Virus record (IMG/VR): IMGVR_UViG_3300035698_011514
Direction: 5' to 3' (one strand)
From: an uncultured virus (IMG/VR IMGVR_UViG_3300035698_011514)
Taxonomy: Duplodnaviria; Heunggongvirae; Uroviricota; Caudoviricetes
Length of the DNA stretch: 20,000 nucleotides
Shown: one piece after another, positions 8,086-15,586 of the stretch
Numbering within the stretch: the first letter of the stretch is position 1
Layout: each line of letters begins with the position of its first letter
The notes under the pieces: generated by a model
Database searches by the model: none
What the model was told of the DNA's origin: nothing
Seen by the model: only the letters and a program-made list of their open reading frames with translations
Program-made: the position numbers and the translations under genes

Positions 8086-8706
8086 ATGCAGATCGACTTG
8101 ACCAAAGTAGTGCGGGATGAAGTGGGCAAGAGTATTCAAAAAGCTCTCGCCCAAGAGATGCCCAAGATGCTCGCCGCCATTCAAGCTGAAGCGATAAAAG
8201 CACTACATCTTCAGGTAGAGCGTGAGCCCCCTTTGGACGAGGAAGAGTCTTGGGATATCTTGATGATGTATCCATGTGTTGAGTTTCCCTACGTCACGAA
8301 GTCTTTCCTCTTGAGCTTGCTACAGGATCAAGGATTGATCCATAGCTCCGATCTTGAGAGGTTTTTTCTCAAGTGGAGAAAAGAAGGAAGGCTGGAGCTG
8401 GCGGGAGATCGTGTCACGTTTGATATGGAATACAATTCTCTGAGCGCAGAGGCTAAGGGCATCGGCACTTCGGAAGTACCCGAAATAGGGCGTGAATCGT
8501 TATCCCATCAAGGAAAGATTCTCAATTTTCTGCGTGACCATTCGTGTCCAATGTCTTCTCAACAAATACACAAGACGCTTTATCCCTCGTTAGAAAAGAA
8601 AGCGTTTAATGTGTTTCTCAAGGACTTGGAAGATAAATGTCTTGTCACCCTTGAGCGTAGGCTTGGATTGTCCAGCCTCGTCACTCTAAACGAAAAGGAA
8701 TCCTAA
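8086..8706 (+). CDS. Hypothetical protein with winged-helix-like segments
   Basis: AAGGA SD; C-terminal ILNFLRDHSCPMSSQQIHKTL...FLKDLEDKCLV pattern typical of wHTH. Confidence 0.65.
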   Translation: MQIDLTKVVRDEVGKSIQKALAQEMPKMLAAIQAEAIKALHLQVEREPPLDEEESWDILMMYPCVEFPYVTKSFLLSLLQDQGLIHSSDLERFFLKWRKEGRLELAGDRVTFDMEYNSLSAEAKGIGTSEVPEIGRESLSHQGKILNFLRDHSCPMSSQQIHKTLYPSLEKKAFNVFLKDLEDKCLVTLERRLGLSSLVTLNEKES

Positions 8707-8707
8707 T

Positions 8708-8986
8708 ATGAAGCCCCTCCACGATTATGTTCTGTTGCAGAAAGTTGAAGCTCCTAAGACCTCCTGCGGGGGGATACTTCTCGTGCCATTCGAAAAGAAG
8801 GATGGGGTCGTTGAGGGTATCGTCGTTGATTGCGGCCCCGGTCTTTACAGCTCGGATGGTACCTTAATCCCCCTCACGGATGCGCTCACACCGGGCGTAA
8901 AGGTCTTGTACAAGCCTTTCACGGGTATCGAGCTTCCTGACAATCATGTCTTGGTGTCTTATAGGGACATCTTGGCTGTGATTTAA
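8708..8986 (+). CDS. groES: Co-chaperonin GroES (Cpn10)
   Basis: MKPLHDYVL, mobile loop KTSCGGILL, GIVVDCGPG, GVKVLY, C-terminal DILAVI; 92 aa; AAGGA SD. Confidence 0.92.
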   Translation: MKPLHDYVLLQKVEAPKTSCGGILLVPFEKKDGVVEGIVVDCGPGLYSSDGTLIPLTDALTPGVKVLYKPFTGIELPDNHVLVSYRDILAVI

Positions 8987-8988
8987 TT

Positions 8989-9017
8989 TTGTGATCTCCA
9001 CGTTCTGCGCGTATGGG
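8989..9017 (+). promoter_or_regulatory. Shared promoter motif TTGTGA-N17-TATGGG
   Basis: Intergenic; T-tract-TTG, 17-nt spacer ending GCG, TATG. Confidence 0.65.
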
Positions 9018-9071
9018 TGACTGTGATAGGGATCACATGCATCTTCAAAAACTCAGAACGCGGAGATTATA

Positions 9072-9476
9072 ATGTCAGCATGGTTCACGACCCTTGACCT
9101 AATGGTTGAAGATGGCGTTTTGAACGAAGTGTCTTGCGACACTGCGTTTTTCCACCTATCTCAGATGGAGAAGTGGAACGCGCCTCCCCCCGTCGTCTCT
9201 TCGGTCGCCGTAGCGATCTCAGGGCTGGATGGCCCTCGGATTGATTTGGGGGCTATCAACTTAGAGTGGGAAGGGGAAGACAATGAAGGTTCTTGGACCC
9301 TCAGTATGGTCTTGCATCCCGCTGGAACCCTTACGGATTTCTTTTTCTGTCACTGGAAGAAGAAAGGCGACGTAATCGTCGCACCTAAGAAAACGTACCC
9401 TTTTGCCGAGGGGATGGTTCTCCTCATGCGCTGGCTCCCCATATCGGGAGGTTTTCACAAATATTCAAAGGTTTAA
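9072..9476 (+). CDS. Hypothetical protein
   Basis: 134-aa ORF, GGAG SD, stop 1 nt before the next ATG. Confidence 0.75.
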   Translation: MSAWFTTLDLMVEDGVLNEVSCDTAFFHLSQMEKWNAPPPVVSSVAVAISGLDGPRIDLGAINLEWEGEDNEGSWTLSMVLHPAGTLTDFFFCHWKKKGDVIVAPKKTYPFAEGMVLLMRWLPISGGFHKYSKV

Positions 9477-9477
9477 A

Positions 9478-10428
9478 ATGAAAGCCCCTTATGTTTGGTT
9501 TGGCGGAAAGAGCAAGATCGCACCCTTGGTTTGGGAGCGATTAGGGAACGTAGACCTTTATCTCGAACCTTTCGCGGGTTCCATAGCTACTCTCTTAGCG
9601 CGCCCTCATGTGGGGAACCGCGAAGTCATTAACGATCTTGATGGCTTCGTTCCGAACTTCTGGCGAGCTATTCAGAAAGACAGCGAATTGGTGCTACATC
9701 ACGCCAAGAATCCAATCATAGAAAGTGATGTTCATGCGCGAAATCACTGGCTGGAAGGTAACAGGTCAAGCCTGTCAGCGAAGCTAGAGGGTGATCCGTT
9801 TTACTATGATGCCATGATCGCGGGTTGGTGGGTTTGGACGCTCAGTGCTACCATTTCAGGAGTCTTCGGGAATAAAGGGCCTTGGGTTGTCAAGGATGGT
9901 ATGTTAGTAAAAAGCGATCCGTCTTCGGGGATCAAGAGGAGCATCCCGGCAATGTCTTATGGATACATTAGAGGATTTTTATCTCTTCATAATCCCGAAA
10001 AAACCTTTCAAGATTTATCTGAGAGGATTCAAGACCTCACTGTCGTATGTGGAGATTGGTCCCGCATCTTAAAACCTTCTGTTATAGGCAAAGCGAACAC
10101 TGTTGGCGTGATGTTAGATCCCCCCTATGGTGGTGAAGGATATGACACCCATGTGTATGCGGGTGGATCAGTAGGGACCGTCTCTTCGGATGTTCTGGCG
10201 TGGTGCATAGAGAACGGATCTGACCCTATCTATCGCATTGCTTTGTGTGGTTATGAAGGAGAGCATAACGAGCTAGAAAGTTTAGGATGGGATAAACTTG
10301 AATGGAAATCCTATGGAGGTATGTCCGCCTTAGCTTTGAAATCGCAAAGAGGTAAAGAAAACTCTCACAAAGAGCGTGTGTGGTTTAGTCCTCATTGTCT
10401 AAACAACGAAGCACCGTCTCTGTTCTAA
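9478..10428 (+). CDS. Dam-like (D12 class) N6-adenine DNA methyltransferase, copy 2
   Basis: Start ATG 9478 (MKAPYVWFGGKSKIAP), YLEPFAGS, INDLD, MLDPPY; collinear with copy 1. Confidence 0.9.
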   Translation: MKAPYVWFGGKSKIAPLVWERLGNVDLYLEPFAGSIATLLARPHVGNREVINDLDGFVPNFWRAIQKDSELVLHHAKNPIIESDVHARNHWLEGNRSSLSAKLEGDPFYYDAMIAGWWVWTLSATISGVFGNKGPWVVKDGMLVKSDPSSGIKRSIPAMSYGYIRGFLSLHNPEKTFQDLSERIQDLTVVCGDWSRILKPSVIGKANTVGVMLDPPYGGEGYDTHVYAGGSVGTVSSDVLAWCIENGSDPIYRIALCGYEGEHNELESLGWDKLEWKSYGGMSALALKSQRGKENSHKERVWFSPHCLNNEAPSLF

Positions 10429-10451
10429 CAAACAACGAAGAAGGATACGTC

Positions 10452-10670
10452 ATGAATCGCGTTATAATCATGTTCCCCAAGGGCGTTAAAATCAACTTGG
10501 ACACAATCAAGGATCACGGCCTCTATGGCGAGCTAGAGATATTGTCTGTCTTCAATATCCTCATGGGGTATATGACGGATGAGGATTTTGCGAACTTTCC
10601 GCGTCAAGAGCTTGGAGTGTTGTCTATCAAGCGTGAGGCTTCCTGTGAAACATCTGATCTTGGTAGATGA
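10452..10670 (+). CDS. Small hypothetical protein
   Basis: ATG 10452 after GAAGGA SD; 72 aa. Confidence 0.65.
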   Translation: MNRVIIMFPKGVKINLDTIKDHGLYGELEILSVFNILMGYMTDEDFANFPRQELGVLSIKREASCETSDLGR

Positions 10671-10932
10671 TCAGGGCTCCTACTTGATCTTGTATCTCGC
10701 GAAAAACTCGACTTCGGGGATGCACGAGACGGTAGCTTTAGCCAAGACGGCGATTGAATCTGTGACTCATCATTCGGACACGAAGATTCTCACGATCTGC
10801 TACGGAACACGACACACACTATCTGCTCACGATGACGGAGCAGCGCATACGATGATCCTCCAAGCTCTAGGCGTGAGCGTCGCGCTCGCGCGTACGGAAG
10901 GGTTGATCCGAAAAAAAGAGATAGAGCGTTGA
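10645..10932 (+). CDS. Hypothetical protein
   Basis: GTG 10645 after GAGG SD; stop overlaps the next start. Confidence 0.6.
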   Translation: MKHLILVDDQGSYLILYLAKNSTSGMHETVALAKTAIESVTHHSDTKILTICYGTRHTLSAHDDGAAHTMILQALGVSVALARTEGLIRKKEIER

Positions 10933-11777
10933 CAAATTTATGGATGCAGAAAGATGGGTCACCGATTCTTATCTCGGAGATGACGACGACCCATCTGATC
11001 AATGCTCTTCTTCGAAAAAGTCTTATCTACCCCTACGCGCTCGCTTTCGCGCTCCACGACCGTCTTAGGGATAACGTGATGGGTGAGTACCGCAGCGTCG
11101 AAGCTCAAGGGCAGGAGCGCGCCACGGGGCTCGTCGTCGCATGGATGATGTCATGGCATCCTCAAGAATACCAAGCGGTATGCTTTTCCAATCCAGATAG
11201 GACTATTTCAGTTATCCGTAATATGGAGGCATATCTTCATACCTTAAAAATTCTCAATGCTTGCCGCTTTGATTTTGACTGGACCCTCATGTCCGGGAAG
11301 AATCAGGCAGAGTGTATAGGAATCGCATACAATATTGCATCCCAATACCACACCCTGCATCAGAAGACTTTGCCTGAAAAGCCTTATCTACACAAAGCTG
11401 ATCGGGTTATCAAGATTGAAAAGAAATGGGGCGCCAATGTCTTGGGTACTTTTGTCAATTCCTATACCAGCAGAAAATCGACCTACCTAGAATACTTTCT
11501 CAAAGGGGCTGAAGACAGTCCACCCTATTTCCGTTGGAGCGTTCAAGGCAGGTCGATCATAGCCCCTTTCTTCCACACCATTATTCTTCCTGTTCTGGAA
11601 CGCCAGAAAAAACCCCTCGATGATACCTTGGCGTATCTCACGAATTTATATGCGCAAGAGCCTTCTAAGGAATTGCGACACAAAGACGCAGAAATTACAT
11701 ACAAGTGCGTAGTCAATGTTTTTCGCGTAATCGCGGAAGACCTAGAGGAGACGACGTACATCTTCCCTGCGATTTAA
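10929..11777 (+). CDS. Hypothetical protein
   Basis: 282-aa ORF with TTGA overlap; N-terminal WMQKDGSPILISEMTTTHLINAL resembles a motif common in phage hypotheticals. Confidence 0.75.
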   Translation: MTNLWMQKDGSPILISEMTTTHLINALLRKSLIYPYALAFALHDRLRDNVMGEYRSVEAQGQERATGLVVAWMMSWHPQEYQAVCFSNPDRTISVIRNMEAYLHTLKILNACRFDFDWTLMSGKNQAECIGIAYNIASQYHTLHQKTLPEKPYLHKADRVIKIEKKWGANVLGTFVNSYTSRKSTYLEYFLKGAEDSPPYFRWSVQGRSIIAPFFHTIILPVLERQKKPLDDTLAYLTNLYAQEPSKELRHKDAEITYKCVVNVFRVIAEDLEETTYIFPAI

Positions 11778-11807
11778 TTTGCAAAAGTGGGTTGTCGATG
11801 CCTATGT

Positions 11808-11845
11808 GTAAGGGGGGATAGGACCACAAGCCTATCCCCCCTTAC
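11808..11845. other. Perfect 15-bp hairpin in an intergenic/leader region
   Basis: GTAAGGGGGGATAGG-accacaag-CCTATCCCCCCTTAC; no clear U-tract. Confidence 0.85.
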
Positions 11846-11861
11846 CAATTTGAGGCGTAGT

Positions 11862-12140
11862 ATGCGATACCCTATCGACGAAAAAAAATGTCCAGATTGC
11901 GGCAGTGAATCCATTACCGCTTACCCACCCTATATGGGTCGCATGTCTTTGACCTATGTTGCGGGCGTGCTAGTAAAGCACGAAAACTTTGATGAGTGTT
12001 GGCGGATAAATCCGATCAAATGCGAATGTGACACATGCGAAGCTGAGTTCACTATTAGGTCGGTTGATCTCCCCGACGCTGAAGAATTGCTAAAACAAAA
12101 TACACAACACGGCCACGAAAAAGGATTTCCCAATGCCTAG
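11862..12140 (+). CDS. Zinc-ribbon protein
   Basis: ATG 11862 after GAGG SD; CPDCGS ... CECDTC. Confidence 0.7.
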   Translation: MRYPIDEKKCPDCGSESITAYPPYMGRMSLTYVAGVLVKHENFDECWRINPIKCECDTCEAEFTIRSVDLPDAEELLKQNTQHGHEKGFPNA

Positions 12141-12675
12141 TCAGCATCCCGGTAGCATGTTCAAGGGTGAGTACGCTTACTCTGATATGCTTCAAGTCTC
12201 TTCTTCTTTGGGTGTAGACAAGCATGAGCTGTGGTCATTCCTAAACGAAGGGTTCTATTCTGATTCTATGTTTCGCCTCCTCTCACGCTTGAGGGGTGTA
12301 CCCGATGACATGTGCGCGCACATGATAAGTCTCTTTTACAGTGACAGAAACTTTCTTGAAAGCAAGAAGCAAGACATAGATCAAATAGAGCATAAAATCC
12401 ACGAGCTGTGCCTTCTTCGGAAAAAAATGCTGGAAGATGCGCAGCATGAGGACAGTGGTGGAAGATCGATCACATTTCTTGTCGATGATTACCTTGAAGA
12501 GCCTTCAATCATCTCGAAGTACTCAGATTGGCATTCCATGGTTCGGGTTGTGGATGGGGAAAGCCAGTATATGGCGGGTGGTACTAGAAGATGTATTCCC
12601 TTAGATCCTAAGAGTTATACTTGGAATGACGATGACGCGCCCGAATATATAGGCGCGGAGGGAGAAGACGAATGA
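12133..12675 (+). CDS. Hypothetical protein
   Basis: 180-aa ORF, AAGGA SD, overlaps both neighbours. Confidence 0.75.
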   Translation: MPSQHPGSMFKGEYAYSDMLQVSSSLGVDKHELWSFLNEGFYSDSMFRLLSRLRGVPDDMCAHMISLFYSDRNFLESKKQDIDQIEHKIHELCLLRKKMLEDAQHEDSGGRSITFLVDDYLEEPSIISKYSDWHSMVRVVDGESQYMAGGTRRCIPLDPKSYTWNDDDAPEYIGAEGEDE

Positions 12676-13241
12676 ACAGAGTCCTGATCTTATCGCTGCA
12701 TGAACATCATCTCCAAAGAACAGGCGATCTCAGGCTGCATATGACGGCGGGTGACGACACATGGATTCTCAAGGTGTCAGGGACTCGCGTAAATTTAGAG
12801 ATCTTTACCCAGCAAGGATCGCGTATCATTCTATCCGATACCGAGGACGATCTTGAGCGTGCATTTTTAAGAAACGCAGTCAATCAAGCCGTCTTGTACT
12901 TTGACGGTAGCTTAGAGAGCTGGGCTGCCAACGTGCGGTTGCACGATAAATACATGGGCACTTACCCTCTCCTAGGGGGCCTAGGGATCATTCTTCTGTT
13001 ACTAGTCCTGTGGGCGTTTCATGGCATGTGCAGCGTCCCAGCTACGAGCGCTCTCACGGTGTTCTTTCTTCTCACCTTTCTTGCTATCTTGAATTACAAT
13101 CGAGATAGCTATCTGAAAAGCGAAGCTGCTCTTCAAGTGCTTGAAGTCAAAGCTTCTCGGAACGTGCATCATGCGGAACAGATTCAGACACACAACATTC
13201 TCGTCAAGATACAGGAAAATCTAAATGCGTCAGTACGATAG
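12672..13241 (+). CDS. Membrane protein with two predicted TM helices
   Basis: Hydrophobic LLGGLGIILLLLVLWAF and ALTVFFLLTFLAIL; GGAG SD; ATGA overlap. Confidence 0.75.
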   Translation: MNRVLILSLHEHHLQRTGDLRLHMTAGDDTWILKVSGTRVNLEIFTQQGSRIILSDTEDDLERAFLRNAVNQAVLYFDGSLESWAANVRLHDKYMGTYPLLGGLGIILLLLVLWAFHGMCSVPATSALTVFFLLTFLAILNYNRDSYLKSEAALQVLEVKASRNVHHAEQIQTHNILVKIQENLNASVR

Positions 13242-13863
13242 TATCCCCTTTGGAAACGCTAAGACCTTTGGTAGCGGACCGTGGATGGTCTTTGATAAGC
13301 TCGACGGATCCAATCTTCGCGTTGAAGTCCACACCAAGAAGGGCAATTTCACGAAATGGGGTTCCAGAAAAGTGTTGATGGACGTGAGCAATGAAGCAAA
13401 TATCCTCACGAAAGCCGTGGGGATTTTTGAATCACACTATGAAGCCGCCACGATCTTGCAGTACCTTAGAACATTCTCCAAGAACAGCTTGTTCACTTTG
13501 TACTTCGAGTTCGTCGGTCTTCAATCGTTTGCTGGACAGCACGAAGAGGACGATACACACGAGCTTAGGCTTCTGGATATTTGGGAAGAAAAGAGAGGCT
13601 TTATCCCATCTTCGGATCTTACACGAGCGTTCCCCCTATTTGTGCCTAACTCCTTGGGTACTATCTTCGAGCTTGGTGCCGAGTTCTTAGCTGCGGTGCA
13701 AGGGGGTACTCTGGAAGGGATGGGGATGGAGGGCGTGATTCTAAAACATCCCAATCTGAGAACGTACAATTCCAAGAATCCTCGCATGATGAAGATCAAG
13801 CGCTCGGACTGGATTCAAAAAGTGCAAGCGAAGCATAAGAACGATTGGCAAGAATATATTTGA
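13225..13863 (+). CDS. ATP-dependent RNA ligase-like nucleotidyltransferase (Rnl2-like core)
   Basis: Motif I KLDGSN, III LYFEF, IIIa LLDI, IV EGVIL, V MKIK; 212 aa, no C-terminal accessory domain. Confidence 0.8.
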   Translation: MRQYDSIPFGNAKTFGSGPWMVFDKLDGSNLRVEVHTKKGNFTKWGSRKVLMDVSNEANILTKAVGIFESHYEAATILQYLRTFSKNSLFTLYFEFVGLQSFAGQHEEDDTHELRLLDIWEEKRGFIPSSDLTRAFPLFVPNSLGTIFELGAEFLAAVQGGTLEGMGMEGVILKHPNLRTYNSKNPRMMKIKRSDWIQKVQAKHKNDWQEYI

Positions 13864-13884
13864 AGATCATCCCTTGAATCTTTT

Positions 13885-13913
13885 TTGCAGACTCGTATCC
13901 CCTTGCGTATGGG
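13885..13913 (+). promoter_or_regulatory. Shared promoter motif TTGCAG-N17-TATGGG
   Basis: Intergenic; its upstream ~30 bp is nearly identical to that of the 14450 copy. Confidence 0.7.
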
Positions 13914-13979
13914 TTAATGTGACCGGGAACGGTACACGGAGACGGATGAACCGCCCTCCCAAACAACACAGGATACACC

Positions 13980-14282
13980 ATGAAGCACCCGAACTTGATC
14001 GCCATCGCCGCCCTCCTCTCGCACTCTGACGACAAGAACAACGAGCGCGCCAGCGCCCTGATCCCCACCGTGCGTAACCTGATGGTGACGGATGGTAAGA
14101 TCACGGCGGATGTCGCATCCGCCACCTCCTCCACCACCAAGGTATATAAAGTCACGATCCACCTAGACGCCAAGCGGCGCCGCTGTGAGTGTGAGGCACA
14201 CCATCGGTTCAAGAACCGGACGTGTAAGCACGTTGTGGCGGTGGGCATGGTGGTGAAGAACATCTTGAGCCTGATGGCGTGA
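13980..14282 (+). CDS. Stand-alone SWIM zinc-finger protein
   Basis: YKVTIHL...CECEAHHRFKNRTCKHVVAV (CxC-x10-CxH); AGGA SD. Confidence 0.85.
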   Translation: MKHPNLIAIAALLSHSDDKNNERASALIPTVRNLMVTDGKITADVASATSSTTKVYKVTIHLDAKRRRCECEAHHRFKNRTCKHVVAVGMVVKNILSLMA

Positions 14283-14309
14283 CAAGGGCGGGGGATGGGG
14301 TACATGAGG

Positions 14310-14337
14310 GGGGGTGGGCTAATGATAGCCTACCCCC
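14310..14337 (+). terminator. Hairpin downstream of the SWIM gene, possible terminator
   Basis: GGGGGTGGGCTA-atga-TAGCCTACCCCC, 12-bp stem with one G.U pair; weak U-tract. Confidence 0.55.
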
Positions 14338-14449
14338 TATCTCGTTAGGAATCTCATGCAGTTCTGCCAATCCGTCGCCTCATTTGCTGCTCGGATTAAC
14401 AAGCTCGGTTACGCCATTGCGGATTTGAAGATATCTCCTTGAATCTTTT

Positions 14450-14478
14450 TTGCACGTCACGATCCTCTTGCGTATGAT
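14450..14478 (+). promoter_or_regulatory. Shared promoter motif TTGCAC-N17-TATGAT
   Basis: Closest copy to the sigma70 consensus; first motif copy upstream of the gene run that includes the FtsH-like module. Confidence 0.75.
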
Positions 14479-14523
14479 AGGGTAGGGCTTCGAGGATGAA
14501 TCCTTCCCACTAGGAGATACCGT

Positions 14524-14610
14524 ATGAAGTGTGCGATGGTCGTCGAGGTGTTGGCAGGAATGGTCACGATGTTGGCCGCTTACGGGCTGGGTTATCTGGT
14601 GATGATGTGA
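14524..14610 (+). CDS. 28-aa hydrophobic peptide (MKCAMVVEVLAGMVTMLAAYGLGYLVMM)
   Basis: Strong TAGGAG SD, first ORF after the promoter, stop overlaps the next GTG (GTGA); absent from the ORF track. Confidence 0.65.
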   Translation: MKCAMVVEVLAGMVTMLAAYGLGYLVMM

Positions 14611-14966
14611 AATTTCCAGAAGTCTATCCCTACAGGCAGCAATGGCTCATGGTGGAAGAAAGAATTCACGAGCGGATCCAACACCTGATTCTGGAGTGTC
14701 TAGGTGGTTATGTCCACCACGCCCAAGAAACACTTTTGGATCGTTGGGATGTGACGTTAGGCTGTTACGGGCTCCACTACCACAAGGCGTGGCAAGACCT
14801 GCATACCTTGGAGCGCACGCACAAGGCATTGCCCTCCCAGATCAAGGCTTTGTGTTGGTTGCTCTTTAACTATCCCTCGTATCCCGGCGAAGGCAGTCTA
14901 ACCTTGTGCTATCCAACGGAACAGCTAACAATGAACGGAGCCTTGGATGTATATCCACCCTTGTGA
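14607..14966 (+). CDS. Hypothetical protein
   Basis: Probable GTG start at 14607 coupled to the peptide stop; in frame with track ORF 14529-14966. Confidence 0.6.
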   Translation: MKFPEVYPYRQQWLMVEERIHERIQHLILECLGGYVHHAQETLLDRWDVTLGCYGLHYHKAWQDLHTLERTHKALPSQIKALCWLLFNYPSYPGEGSLTLCYPTEQLTMNGALDVYPPL

Positions 14967-15025
14967 ATCCCTAAAGATTCCATATACAGGGAAAAGGCAC
15001 GAACCAATGAACCACGAGAGACACG

Positions 15026-15586
15026 ATGAGTCAGAAGTACACATGTAAAGTTGCTGTTAAGGAATCTGTAAAGTCTGATGATGAGATACGTCAGAAGATT
15101 GACCTTGCCCCTATCATCTCCGCAGACGATATGAAGGCTCTCCTCCGCAAAGAGCTTGAGGCTGACGGTTGGGCAAAGATTGACGGGGATGTCTACGTCA
15201 AGATTGACGGGGATGTGAAGTCTACGCTGGAGATAGGTACCATGGAAGTCGCCCACACGGTTGAGAAGACGATTGAGGTGGATGAGGAGGTGAGGGTGAC
15301 GGCGGACCATTGGGAGTTGGAAGACTCCAAGAAGGCCGCTCAGGACGGGGCCAAGAAGCGGATCGAGGCGCGCTTGAAGCATGCTAAGGATGAGGCCGCC
15401 GCGCATGTCCTCAAGGTTCTGACAGACGTTGAGGCGAAGAAGACGGGTGAGGTTCAAAGCGTACTCCGGAAGGTGTACGCAGAGGCGCTCAAGCAGAAGG
15501 CTCGCAAGATGGGAGATGTTCTGGAGCAGACTGAGGGTACCAATGATAAGGGTGAGTACGAACTGATCATCAAGGTTGCGCTGTGA
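15026..15586 (+). CDS. Conserved-looking partner of the FtsH-like protease (resembles an FtsH ternary system accessory domain)
   Basis: 186 aa; MSQKYTCKVAVKESV...DMKALLRKELEADGW...YAEALKQKARKMG...YELIIKV; GTGA overlap with the protease. Family resemblance is from recall. Confidence 0.65.
   Translation: MSQKYTCKVAVKESVKSDDEIRQKIDLAPIISADDMKALLRKELEADGWAKIDGDVYVKIDGDVKSTLEIGTMEVAHTVEKTIEVDEEVRVTADHWELEDSKKAAQDGAKKRIEARLKHAKDEAAAHVLKVLTDVEAKKTGEVQSVLRKVYAEALKQKARKMGDVLEQTEGTNDKGEYELIIKVAL

Noticed and set aside
7725..14282. SWIM paralogues as a DGR template/variable repeat pair
   Set aside because: Differences are not confined to adenines, include indels, and no reverse transcriptase is visible
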